Positions 11,413-22,692 of a DNA stretch of 44,300 nt are shown piece after piece. The position numbers and the translations under genes are program-made. Each line of letters starts with the position of its first letter. Position 1 is the stretch's first letter. Source of the DNA: Squalus acanthias (taxonomy: Eukaryota); assembly GCA_030390025.1 (NCBI GenBank), contig JASTWF010000327.1:496001-540300 (forward strand), in the 5' to 3' direction. A model generated the notes under the pieces. That model ran no database searches. It saw only the letters and a program-made list of their open reading frames with translations, and was not told the origin of the DNA.

Positions 11413-14400
11413 TGTCTGAGACAGAGAGAGGGAGGAGGGAGGTTCAGTGAGTTCGGTGTTGTCTGAGACAGAGAGAGAGAGGAGGGAGGTTCAGTGAGTT
11501 AGGTGCTGTCTGAGACAGAGAGAGGGAGGAGGGAGGTTCAGTGAGTTAGGTGCTGTCTGAGACAGAGAGAGGGAGGAGGGAGGTTCAGTGAGTTAGGTGC
11601 TGTCTGAGACAGAGAGAGGGAGGAGGGAGGTTCAGTGAGTTAGGTGCTGTCTGAGACAGAGAGAGGGAGGAGGGAGGTTCAGTGAGTTAGGTGCTGTCTG
11701 AGACAGAGAGAGGAAGGAGGGAGGTTCAGTGAGTTAGGTGCTGTCTGAGACAGAGAGAGGGAGGAGGGAGGTTCAGTGTGTTCGGTGCTGTCTGAGACAG
11801 GGGGAGGAGGGAGGTTCAGTGAGTTAGGTGCTGTCTGAGACAGAGAGAGGGAGGAGGGAGGTTCAGTGTGTTAGGTGCTGTCAGAGAGAGAGAGAGGGAG
11901 GAGGGAGGTTCAGTGAGTTCGGTGCTGTCTGAGACAGAGAGAGGGAGGAGGGAGGTTCAGTGTGTTAGGTGCTGTCAGAGAGAGAGAGAGGGAGGAGGGA
12001 GGTTCAGTGTGTTAGGTGTTGTCTGATACAGAGGGAGGGAGCAGGGAGGTTCAGTGAGTTAGGTGTTGTCTGAGACAGAGAGAGGGAGGTTCAGTGAGTT
12101 AGGTGCTGTCTGAGTCAGAGAGAGGGAGGAGGGAGGTTCAGTGAGTTAGGTGCTGTCTGAGACCGAGAGAGGGAGGAGGGAGGTTCAGTGAGTTAGGTGC
12201 TGTCTGAGACAGAGAGAGGGAGGAGGGAGGTTCAGTGAGTTAGGTGCTGTCTGAGAGAGAGAGAGGGAGGAGGGAGGTTCAGTGAGTTAGGTGCTGTCTG
12301 AGACAGAGAGGGAGGAGGGAGGTTCAGTGAGTTAGGTGCTGTCTGAGACACAGAGGGAGGAGGGAGGTTCAGTGAGTTAGGTGCTGTCTGAGACAGAGAG
12401 AGGGAGGAGGGAGGTTCAGTGAGTCAGGTGTTGTCTGAGACAGAGAGAGGGAGGAGGGAGGTTCAGTGAGTTAGGTGCTGTCTGAGACAGAGAGAGGGAG
12501 GAGGGAGGTTCAGTGAGTTAGGTGCTGTCTGAGACAGAGAGAGGGAGGAGGGAGGTTCAGTGAGTTAGGTGTTGTCTGAGACAGAGAGAGGGAGGAGAGA
12601 GGTTCAGTGTGTTAGGTGCTGTCTGAGACAGAGAGAGGGAGGATGGAGGTTCAGTGTGTTAGGTGCTGACTGAGACAGAGAGAGGGAGGAGGGAGGTTCA
12701 GTGAGTTAGGTGCTGTCTGAGACAGAGAGGGAGGAGGGAGGTTCAGTGAATTCGGTGCTGTCTGAGACACGGAGGAGGGAGGAGGGTGGTTCAGTGAGTT
12801 AGGTGCTGTCAGAGAGAGAGAGGGAGGAGGGAGGTTCAGTGAGTTAGGTGCTGTCTGAGACAGAGAGAGGGAGGAGGGAGGTTCAGTGAGTTCGGTGTTG
12901 TCTGAGACAGAGAGAGGGAGGAGGGAGGTTCAGTGAGTTGGGTGCTGTCTGAGACAGAGAGAGAGGGAGGAGGGAGGTTCAGTGAGTTAGGTGCTGTCAG
13001 AGACAGAGAGGGGGAGGAGGGAGGTTCAGTGAGTTAGGTGTTGTCCGAGAGGGAGGAGGGAGGTTCAGTGAGTTAGGTGCTGTGTGAGACAGAGAGGGAC
13101 GAGGGAGGTTCAGTGAGTTAGGTGCTGTCTGAGACAGAGAGGGAGGAGGGAGGTTCAGTGTGTTGGGTGCTGTCTGAGACAGAGAGGGAGGAGGGAGGTT
13201 CAGTGTGTTAGGTGCTGTCTGAGACAGAGAGAGGGAGGAGGGAGGTTCAGTGAGTTAGGTGCTGTCAGAGAGAGAGGGAGGAGGGAGGTTCAGTGAGTTA
13301 GGTGCTGTGAGAGAGGGAGGAGGGAGGTTCAGTGAGTTTGGTGCTGTCGGAGACAGAGAGAGGGAGGAGGGAGGTTCAGTGAGTTAGGTGCTGTCACAGA
13401 GAGGGAGGAGAGAGGTTCAGTGAGTTCGGTGCTGTCTGAGACAGAGAGAGGGAGGTTCAGTGAGTTAGGTGCTGTCTGAGACAGAGAGAGGGAGGAGGGA
13501 GGTTCTGTGAATTAGGTGCTGTCTGAGACAGTGAGGGAGGAGAGAGGTTCAGTGAGTTACGTGCTGTCTGAGACAGAGAGAGGGAGGAGGGAGGTTCAGT
13601 GAGTTAGGTGCTGTCTGAGACAGAGAGAGGGAGGAGGGAGGTTCAGTGTGTTAGGTGCTGTCTGAGACAGAGAGAGGGAGGAGTGAGGTTCATTGAGTTA
13701 GATGCTGTCTGAGACAGAGACGGAGGAGGGGGGAGGTTCAGTGAGTTAGGTGCTGTCTGAGACAGAGAGAGAGGAGGGAGGTTCAGTGTGTTGGGTGCTG
13801 TCTGAGACAGAGAGGGAGGAGGGAGGTTCAGTGTGTTAGGTGCTGTCTGAGACAGAGAGGGAGGAGGGAGGTTCAGTGAGTTAGGTGCTGTCTGAGACAG
13901 AGAGAGGGAGGAGGGAGGTTCAGTGGGTTAGGTGCTGTCTGAGACAGAGAGGGAGGAGGGAGGTTCTGTGAGTTAGGTGCTGACAGAGAGAGAGGGAGGA
14001 GGGAGGTTCAGTTAGTTATGTGCTGTCTGAGACAGAGAGAGGGAGGAGGGAGGTTCAGTGAGTTAGGTGCTGCCTGAGAGAGGGAGGAGGGAGGTTCAGT
14101 GTGTTAGCTGCTGTCTGAGACAGAGAGAGTGAGGAGGGAGGTTCAGTGAGTTAGGTGCTGTCTGAGACAGAGAGAGGGAGGAGGGAGGTTCAGTGAGTTT
14201 GGTGCTGTCGGAGACAGAGAGAGGGAGGAGGGAGCTTCAGTGAGTTAGGTGCTGTCACAGAGAGGGAGGAGAGAGGTTCAGTGAGTTCGGTGCTGTCTGA
14301 GACAGAGAGAGGGAGGTTCAGTGAGTTAGGTGCTGTCTGAGACAGAGAGAGGGAGGAGGGAGGTTCTGTGAATTAGGTGCTGTCTGAGACAGTGAGGGAG

Positions 14401-14826
14401 GAGAGAGGTTCAGTGAGTTTGGTGCTGTCTGAGACAGAGACAGAGAGGGAGGAGGGAGGTTCAGTGAGTTAGGTGCTGTCTGAGACAGAGAGGGAGGAGG
14501 GAGGTTCAGTGAGTTACGTGCTGTCTGAGACAGAGAGAGGGAGGAGGGAGGTTCAGTGAGTTAGGTGCTGTCTGAGACAGAGAGAGGGAGGAGGGAGGTT
14601 CAGTGTGTTAGGTGCTGTCTGAGACAGAGAGAGGGAGGAGTGAGGTTCATTGAGTTAGATGCTGTTTGAGACAGAGACGGAGGAGGGGGGAGGTTCAGTG
14701 AGTTAGATGCTGTCAGAGACTGAGAGGGAGGAGGGAGGTTCAGTGAGTTAGGTGCTGTGTGAGAGAGGGAGGAGGGAGGTTCAGTGAGTTATGTGCTATC
14801 TGAGACAGAGAGAGGGGGTAGGGAGG
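11413..14826 (+). repeat. ~47-bp purine/G-rich satellite (GAGACAGAGAGAGGGAGGAGGGAGGTTCAGTGAGTTAGGTGCTGTCT), roughly 70-75 units
   Basis: Direct tandem array whose units vary in (GA)n length. Degenerate units also occur at ~10850-10948, before the L2. Confidence 0.97.
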
Positions 14827-15205
14827 TAACAAAGAGAGACGGACTTGTGTAATATAAACAGAGACAGGGTCTGTTGTACAATAAATAGAGAATGTATCTA
14901 GTTCAGTTATATTTTAGCCACGGTCTAGTGCAATAAGAACAGGGACAGGGTATAGTGTAATATATTTCAGACATGGCCTCGTGCAGTATTAACTGAGACA
15001 AGGCCGAGTGTAATATACACAGAGAGAGGGTCTAGTGTAATATCAACAGAGACACGGTCTCGTGTAATATAAACAGAGACACGGTCTCGTGTAATATAAA
15101 CAGAGACAGGGTCTTGTGTAATATAAACGGAGACATCGTCTGGTGTAATACAAACAGTGACTGGGCCGAGTGTAATATAAACAGAGACAGGGTCTAGTGT
15201 AATAT

Positions 15206-15610
15206 CATAGAGCAGAAACTGATATCCAAGTTCTGCACTCATGAGGATGGCCTCAATCGTGATATCGGGTTCATGTCACGATACAGAACGTGACTTGACA
15301 TCATGGCCGGTCTTTCCAGGTTTTTTTTCAAAAAAAACTAACACAAGAGCCAACACAAATGGAGAGGATATGCAGCCAGCAGGTGTTTTGACACGTTGGA
15401 CCCCCTGGGACACATCTCATTGTTTTGGCTGTGCTCTTAGTGTGTCTTTGATGTAGGGAAAGATTTGAATACATTTTTTCTGTGTTTATATTGTGAATTC
15501 TGGGAGATTCTCTCAAAGCTACCCTACCTGAAGAAGGAGCGACAGCTCCGAAAGCTTGTAAAATTAAATAAATCTGTTGGACTATAACCTGGTGTTGTGC
15601 GACTTCTCAT
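15206..15610 (+). mobile_element. Penelope-like element 3' fragment (end of GIY-YIG ORF plus terminal region)
   Basis: Encodes EQKLISKFCTHEDGLNRDIGFMSRYRT*, matching the end of the GIY-YIG ORF at 33986..34375. Flanked by an 11-bp duplication tagtgtaatat (15195-15205 and 15611-15621). Confidence 0.9.
15525..15561 (+). ncRNA. Minimal hammerhead-ribozyme-like motif in the Penelope terminal region
   Basis: CTGAAGA (15528-34), stem GGAGC-GACA-GCTCC, GAAA, palindromic AAGCTT, and a short helix I tac/gta. Confidence 0.65.
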
Positions 15611-15906
15611 TAGTGTAATATAAACAGAGACAGGGTCTAGTGTAATATAAACAGAGACAGGGTCTAGTGTAATATAAACAGAGACGGAGTCTAATGTAAT
15701 ATAAACAGAGACAGGGTCTAGTGTAATATAAATTGAGACAGGATCTAGTGTAATATAAACAGAGAGAGGGTCTAGTGTAATATAAACAGAGACAGGATCT
15801 AGTGTAATATACATACATAGATACATAGAAGATAGGAGCAGGAGTAGGCCATCCGGCCCTTCGAGCCTGCTCCGCCATTTAATGAGATCATGGCTGATCC
15901 TCCAAT

Positions 15907-18767
15907 TCAGTATCCCGTCCCCGCCTTCTCTCCGTAACCCTTAACCCCTTTTGCCTGTAGAAATATATCTAATTCCCTCTTAAATATATTTAATGAGCTG
16001 GCATACACTGCCCTCTGTGGCAATGAGTTCCACAGGTTCACCACCCTCTGAGTGAAGAAATTCCCCCTCATTTCTGTCCTAAATGGTTTAGCCCTTATCC
16101 TTAAATTATGTCCTCTAGTTCTGTTCTCACCCGCCAAGGGAAACATTCCTTCTGCATCTAGTCTGTCTAGACCTGTCAGAATTTTATACACTTCTATGAG
16201 GTCCCCTCTCAATCTTCTAAACTCCAGTGTGTACATCCCTAAACTACATAGTCTCTCCTCATAGGTCAATCCCGCCATTCCTGGTATCAGCCTGGTGAAT
16301 CGCCGCTGCACCCCCTCCATGGCAAGAACATCTTTCCTCAGATGAGGCGACCAAAACTGTACACAGTACTCGAGGTGTGGTCTCACCAGTGCCCTGTACA
16401 GCTGCAGCAAGGTATCCCTGTTCCTGTATTCCAACCCTTTTGCTATGAAGGCCAGCATACCGTTTGCCTTCTTGACCGCCTGTTGCACCTGCATGCTCGC
16501 CTTCAGTGACTGGTGTACAAGAACACCCAGGTCTCTCTGTACTTCCCCCTCTCCCAATTTATTGCCATTTAAATAATAATTTGCCCTCCCGTTCCTGCAC
16601 CCAAGGTGGATAACTTCACACTTGTCCACATTATAGTGCATCTGCCATTTATCCGCCCAATCACCCAGTCTGTCCAAATCGCTCTGGAGCTTCCTGGTCT
16701 CCTCCTCTGAGCCCACCCCCCCTCCTAGTTTAGTGTCGTCTGCAAATTTGGAAATGCTGCATCCGACTCCCTGATCCAGGTCATTAATGTAAATTGTGAA
16801 CAGCTGGGGACCCAGGACAGATCCCTGTGGTACCCCACTTGTTACTGCCTGCCATTCAGAAAATGAGCCGTTTATTCCAACTCTCTGTTTTCTATCTGAC
16901 AGCCAGTTCTCTATCCACGTCAATACTTTCCCCTTTATCCCATGAGCTTCAATTTTCCATGCTAATCTTTTATGTGGGACCTTGTCGAAGGCCTTTTGGA
17001 AGTCCAGGTACACCACATCTACTGGCTCTCCCCCATCTATTTTACCAGTTACTCCCTCAAAAAATTCCAATAGATTAGTCAAGCACGATTTACCCTTTGT
17101 AAATCCATGTTGACTCTGTCCTATCCTGTCCCCATTTGCTAAGTGCTCCGCTATTTCATCCTTAATGATGGACTCCAGCATTTTGCCCACAACTGATGTA
17201 AGGCTTACAGGTCTGTAATTACCTGCTTTTTCCCTACCCCCCTTTTTGAATAGTGGGGTAACGTTAGCTACCCTCCAATCCATGGGCACTGTTCCCGAGT
17301 CTAATGAATTCTGAAAAATCATACTTAGTGCATCCGCTATCTCTAGGGCCACCTCCTTCAGTACCCTAGGATGCATGTTATCAGGCCCTGGGGATTTGTC
17401 CGCCTTCAATCCCTTTAGCTTCCTTAACACCATATCCTTAGAGATATTGATTTGCGTCAGTTCCTCCTTTGCCAATGTCCCTATTTTTCCCGATATCCCA
17501 GGGAGGTTTTTTGTGTCTTCCTTCGTAAAGACTGACCCAAAGTATGCATTTAGTTGGTCTGCCATTTCCTTATTTCCCGTTATATATTCCCCCGTATCTG
17601 ACTGCAATGGACCAACTTTGGTTTTCACCAGTCTTTTCCTCTTGATATACTTATAAAAGCTTTTGGAGTTAGTTTTTATATTTTCCGCCAGCTTGCTTTC
17701 GTAAGCTATTTTGCCCCTCTTGATTAAGCCCTTTGTCCTCCTTTGCTCTATCTTAAACTGTTCCCAATCTTCCGCTCTGGCGCTTTTTTTGGCTATTTTA
17801 TACGCCCTATCTTTGGATTTTATGCTGTCTCTAATTTCCCCTGTTATCCACGGTTGAGTCACCTTTTTAGATTTCCTTTTATGCCAGATTGGTATAAATA
17901 GTTTTTGCAATTTTGTCATTCTATCTTTAAATGCTTGCCATTGTTTATCTACCTCCAGTCCTCCCAGGAACGTTGTCCAATCAGACCTACTCAGTTCCCG
18001 TCTAATGGCATCATAATTCCCCTTGTTTAAATTCAGGACCTTAGTCTCTGAGTCAATTTCTTCGCTCTCCATTTCGAGTGAGAAATTGATCATGTTATGA
18101 TCGCTCTGACCCAAGGGTCCCCGTACAACAAGATTACTAATTAGTCCCTTCTCATTGCACAGTACCCAGTCCAATATAGCCTGTTCCCGAGTTGGTTCCT
18201 CGACATATTGATCCAGATAACCATCCCTTAAACACTCAAGGAATTCCTCCTCCTCATTATTTTTACTGATTAGGCTAGTCCAATCTATATGTAAGTTAAA
18301 GTCACCTATGATGACAGCTGTGCTCTTATTGCACGCTTCTCTAATTTCCCTCGTGATGCCCTCCCCAACCTCTATTTTACTATTTGGAGGCCTATATACC
18401 ACTCCTATTAATGTTTTTCGCCCCTCGCTATTTCTTAGCTCCACCCATATAGATTCTGTATTAACTGAGTTAATATCCTTCCCTTCAATTGCATTTATCC
18501 CTTCTTTTACCAGCAATGCTACCCCTCCCTTTTTTGTCGATCCTTCCTAAATACTGAATACCCCTGTATGTTAAGCTCCCAGCCCTGCTCACCCTGCAAC
18601 CATGTTTCCGTAATCCCAATTAGATCATAATTATTAACCTCTATTTCCACAGCTAATTCATCTACCTTGTTCCTGATGCTTCTCGCATTAAGGTATAAAA
18701 CCCTCAGGCTTTTTTTATGCTCACATTTTTTATGAATTAGTTTGGCCCTTTGTTTTTTGTTCCTCAC
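15907..18767 (-). CDS. CR1 ORF2 (APE endonuclease plus reverse transcriptase), with a single frameshift near 18520-18535
   Basis: YLNARS, GITETW, VYRPP, GDFN and SDH (APE); KAFD, VPQGSVLGP and FADD (RT). An 869-aa stretch is open, and an 82-aa N-terminal piece lies in another frame. Confidence 0.92.
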
Positions 18768-18841
18768 CCTTTTACCATTTATTTCTGTCTGCCTTTCACT
18801 TTCCTCTATTTCACTACATAGGTTTCTAGCCCCCTGCCATA

Positions 18842-19765
18842 CTAGTTTAAATGCTCCCGAACTGCTTTATCAAAAATTACCCCGAGAACATCAGTTCCAT
18901 CTTTGCACAGGTGTAGACCGTCCCTTTTGTATAGGTCACACCTACCACAAAACTGGTTCCAATGCCTCAAAAATTTAAAACCCTCCCTCTTACACCACTG
19001 CTCAAGCCACGTATTTAGCCTAACTATCCTGTTCTCTGTACTCTTACTAGCACGTGGCACTGGTAGTAATCCAGAGATTACTACCTTCGAGGTCCTACTT
19101 TTTAGCTTGGCTCCTAACTCCCTAAATTCTACTTGTAGGACCTCTTCCCTTTTTTTAGCTACGTCGTTGGTACCAACATGTATCACGACAACTGGCTGTT
19201 CCCCCTCCCCCTCCAGAATGTTCTGCACCCGCGCCGAGACATCCTTGACCCTTGCACCAGGGAGGCAACATACCATCCTGGAGTCTCGGTCGCGACCACA
19301 GAAACCCCTATCTATTCCCCTTACAATCGAATCCCCTATTACTATAGCCCTGCCACTCTTTTTCCCTCCCTTCTTTGCAACAGAGCCAGTCATGGTGCCA
19401 TGAGCCTGGCTGCTGGTGCCTTCCCCTGATGAGTCATCCCCCCCGACAACAGCACCTAAGGCGGTGAACCTGTTGCTAAGGGAGACAACCCCAGGGGATT
19501 TCTGCACTACCTTCCTGCCCTTGCTCTGCCTTTTGGTCACCCATGTACTATCTACGCTGGCCTTAACCTGCGGTGTGACCAACTCACTAAATGTGCTATC
19601 CACAACCCTCTCAGAATCGTGGATGCTCCAAAGTGAGTCCATCCGCAGCTCAAGGGCCGTCATGCGGTCCCACATGAGCTGCAGCTGGACACACTTCCCG
19701 CACACATGGTTGTCAGGGACACAGGAAGCGTCCCTGATTTCCCACATGTTACAGGAGGAGCATGA
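18842..19765 (-). CDS. CR1 ORF1 (Cys zinc-finger/leucine-zipper region plus SGNH/GDSL esterase); native start lost
   Basis: CSSC...CGKC, then IVIGDSIVR, CLPGA, HVGTND and DGLH, the SGNH hydrolase blocks typical of vertebrate CR1 ORF1. Confidence 0.9.
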   Translation of the reverse strand, partial: SCSSCNMWEIRDASCVPDNHVCGKCVQLQLMWDRMTALELRMDSLWSIHDSERVVDSTFSELVTPQVKASVDSTWVTKRQSKGRKVVQKSPGVVSLSNRFTALGAVVGGDDSSGEGTSSQAHGTMTGSVAKKGGKKSGRAIVIGDSIVRGIDRGFCGRDRDSRMVCCLPGARVKDVSARVQNILEGEGEQPVVVIHVGTNDVAKKREEVLQVEFRELGAKLKSRTSKVVISGLLPVPRASKSTENRIVRLNTWLEQWCKREGFKFLRHWNQFCGRCDLYKRDGLHLCKDGTDVLGVIFDKAVREHLN

Positions 19766-20305
19766 CACAGAGACAGGGTCTAGTGTAACAAAATCAGAGA
19801 CAGAGTCTAGTGTAATATAAACAGAGACCGGGCCTAGTGTAATATAAACAGTGACAGGGTCTAGTGTAATATAAACAGAGACAGAGTCTAGTGTAATATA
19901 AACAGAGACAGGGTCTAGTGTAATATAAACAGAGACAGGGTCTAGTGTAATATAAACAGAGACAGAGCCTAGTGTCATATAAACAGAGACAGGGCCTAGT
20001 TTAATATAAATAGAGACAGGTTCTAGTATAATATAAACAGAGACAGGGTCTAGTGTAATATAAACAGAGACAGGGCCTAGTTTAATATAAATAGAGACTG
20101 GTTCTAGTATAATATAAACAGATACAGGGTCTAGTGTAATATAAACAGAGACGGGGTCTAGTGTAATATAAACAGAGACAGGGTCCAGTGTAATATAAAC
20201 AGAGACGGGGTCCAGTGTAATATAAACAGAGACGGGGTCTAGTGTAATATAAACAGAGACAGGGTCTAGTGTAATATAAACAGAGACTGGATCTCGTGCA
20301 GTAAT
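19766..20305 (+). repeat. 27-bp satellite (continuation)
   Basis: About 20 tandem units. Confidence 0.95.
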
Positions 20306-20312
20306 AGTTGAT

Positions 20313-20785
20313 AATTCTGTGTCCTCTGGTTAATGACCCTCCTGCCAGTGGAAACAGTTCCATGGAATCATAGAATGTTACATCACAGAAGGAGGCCATT
20401 CCGCCCATCGATTCTGTGCCGGCTCTTTCAAAGAGCAATCCAGTCAGTCCCACCCTCCGGCTCTTTCCCAATATCCCTGCAGTTTTTTCTCCTTCAAGTA
20501 TTTATCCAATTCCCTTTTTGAATTTTACTATTGAATCTGTATCCACCACCCTATCAGGCAGTGCATTCCAAATCCTAACCACTCGTTGTGTTAAGACATT
20601 TTTCCTCATTTCGCCTCAGGTTCTTTCACCAATCACCTTAAATCTGTGCCCTCCGGTTATCGACTCTTCAGCCATTGGAAACAGTTTCTAATTATTTACT
20701 CTGTCGAAACCCCTCATGATTTTTGAACACCTCTATTAAATCTCCCCTGAACCTTCTCGGCTCTAAGGAGAACAATCCCAGCTTC
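20313..20785 (-). mobile_element. CR1 3' fragments
   Basis: Translations ELFPLAGGSLTRGH and KLGLFSLEPRRFRGDLIEVFK, with tail catggaatcatagaatg at ~20360. Confidence 0.8.
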
Positions 20786-21035
20786 CAGCTGCTCTGACGG
20801 TGAACCTCACGCAGAGTAAAACTCAAGTTCTGTGAGTCCTTCTGCCTCGGGCACTCCCAGATGTTCCTTTGCGGAATCCCGTGCACCTTTACAACAGTGC
20901 GGGAAAAACATCCCAGGCAAGATAAGAGAACCAGGCCCTGTTGATTAAACGGACCGGTGTAAGACTGGGCTCAGGCCCTGAACTTTAGATACACTGAGCT
21001 TAATGGCAACATTTTTAAATACAAGCTGTGATATG

Positions 21036-22237
21036 GTGTATTTGGACTTTCAGAAGGCTTTCGATAAGGTTCCGCATAAGAGATTAGCGTGCAAAGTTAA
21101 AGCACATGGGATTGGGGGTAAGGCACTGACTTGGATAGAGAACTGGTTGGCAGACAGGAAGCAAAGAGTTGGAATAAACGGGTCTTTTTCCGAGTGGCAG
21201 GCAGTGACTAGTGGGGTACTGCAGGGATCGGTCCAAGGACCCCAGCTATTCACAATATGTATCAATGATCTAGACGAGGGAACTAGATGTAATATCTCCA
21301 AGTTTGCAGACGACACAAAACTGGGTGGGCGTGTGTGCTGTGAGGAGGATGCAGAGAAACTCCAGTATGATTTGGACAGGTTGGGTGATTGGGCAGAAGC
21401 GTGGCAGATGCAGTATAATGTGTATAAATGCAAGGTTATCCGCTTTGGTGGCAAAAACAGGAAGACAGATTATTATCTGAACGGCAATAGATTGGGAAAA
21501 GGGGAAATGCAACGAGACCTGGGTGTCCTTGTGCACCAGTCGCTGAAGGTAAGCATGCAGGTGCAGCAGGTGGTTAAGCAGGCAAATGGTATGTTGGCCT
21601 TCATAGCGAGAGGATTCGAGTACAGGAGCAAGGATGTCTTGCTGCAGTTGTACAGGGCCTTGGTGAGACCGTACCTTGAGTATTGTGTGCAGTTTTGGTC
21701 ACCTTATCTGAGGAAGGATGTTCTTGCCATGGAAGGAGTGCAGCGAAGATTCACCAGACTGATACCTGGGATGGCAGGAATGACGTATGAAGAGAGATTG
21801 GGTCAATTAGGCTTATATTCGCTAGAGTTTAGAAGAATGAGAGGGGATCTCATTGAAACTTATAAAATTCTAACAGGACCAGACAGACTAGAAGCAGGAA
21901 GGATGTTCCAGATGGCGGTGGGGGAGTCCAGAACCAGGGGTCACAGTCTAAGGATAAGAGGTAAGCCATTTAGGACTGAGATGAGGAGGAAGTTCTTCAC
22001 CCAGAGAGTGGTGAACCTGTGGAATTCTCTACCACAGAAGGCAGTTGAGTCCAATTCATTAAATATATTCAAGAAGGAGATAGATATATTTCTTCAGGCT
22101 GAAGGGATCGAGGGATATGGGGAGAAAGCAGAGACAGGGTACTGAATTTGGATGATCAGCCATGATCTCATTAAATGGCGGAGCAGGCTCGAGGGGCCGA
22201 ATGGCCTACTCCTGCTCCTATCTTCTATGTTTCTATG
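21036..22237 (+). mobile_element. 5'-truncated CR1 LINE (RT plus 3' UTR), a young insertion
   Basis: ORF 21003..22145 is uninterrupted RT, with tail ctatgtttctatg. The element is absent from the paralogous site at 42521-42530. Confidence 0.95.
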
Positions 22238-22240
22238 TTA

Positions 22241-22692
22241 ACAGCCTCGGCTCAGTGCGATCAGTCTCGCCTCGGAGTCAGAAGGTCATAAGTTCTAAAC
22301 CTCACTCCAGAGGCCTGAGCCCATAATCTAGGCCGACACTCCCAGTGCAGTGCTGAGGGAGTGCTGCACTGTCGGAGGAGCCACCTTTCAGAAGAGATGT
22401 TAAATCAGGCCCCATCTGCTTTATCAAGAGAATATAAAAGATCCTAAGGCACTATTTTAAAGAAGAGCAGGGGAGTTCGCCCTGGTGTCCTGGTTAATAT
22501 TTATCCCTCAACCAAAATCACTAAACACAGATATTTTGGTCAATATCTCCTTGCTGTGTGTGGGATCTTGCTGTGCGCAAATTGGCTGCAGCATTTCCTA
22601 CTTTACAACAGTGACTATATTTCCAAAGTTCTCATTGAATGCTTTGGGATGTCCTGAGGCAGTGAAAGGCGCTATATAAATGCAAGTTCTTT
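22241..22692 (+). mobile_element. tRNA-derived SINE with a Deu-like core and L2-type tail (DeuSINE/SacSINE1-like)
   Basis: Degenerate A/B-box head, core cagtgcagtgctgagggagtgctgcactgtcggagg, and tail ggcgctatataaatgcaagttctttc shared with the L2 at 10949-11411. The family name is from recall, not a database search. Confidence 0.75.

Larger units (their letters stand above)
14830..15810 (+). repeat. 27-bp satellite (TAGTGTAATATAAACAGAGACAGGGTC), interrupted by a Penelope fragment
   Basis: Tandem units at 14830-15205 and 15611-15810. Confidence 0.93.
15811..19765 (-). mobile_element. Near-complete CR1 LINE (ORF1, ORF2, 3' UTR, tail) inserted in the 27-bp satellite
   Basis: Long ORFs 18842..~19765, 18519..18767 and 15907..18516, with tail acatacatagatacatagaag. 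The satellite resumes on both sides. Confidence 0.96.

Noticed and set aside
22241..22310. tRNA gene at the SINE heads
   Set aside because: The A/B boxes are degenerate, there is no cloverleaf, and the sequence continues into the SINE body.
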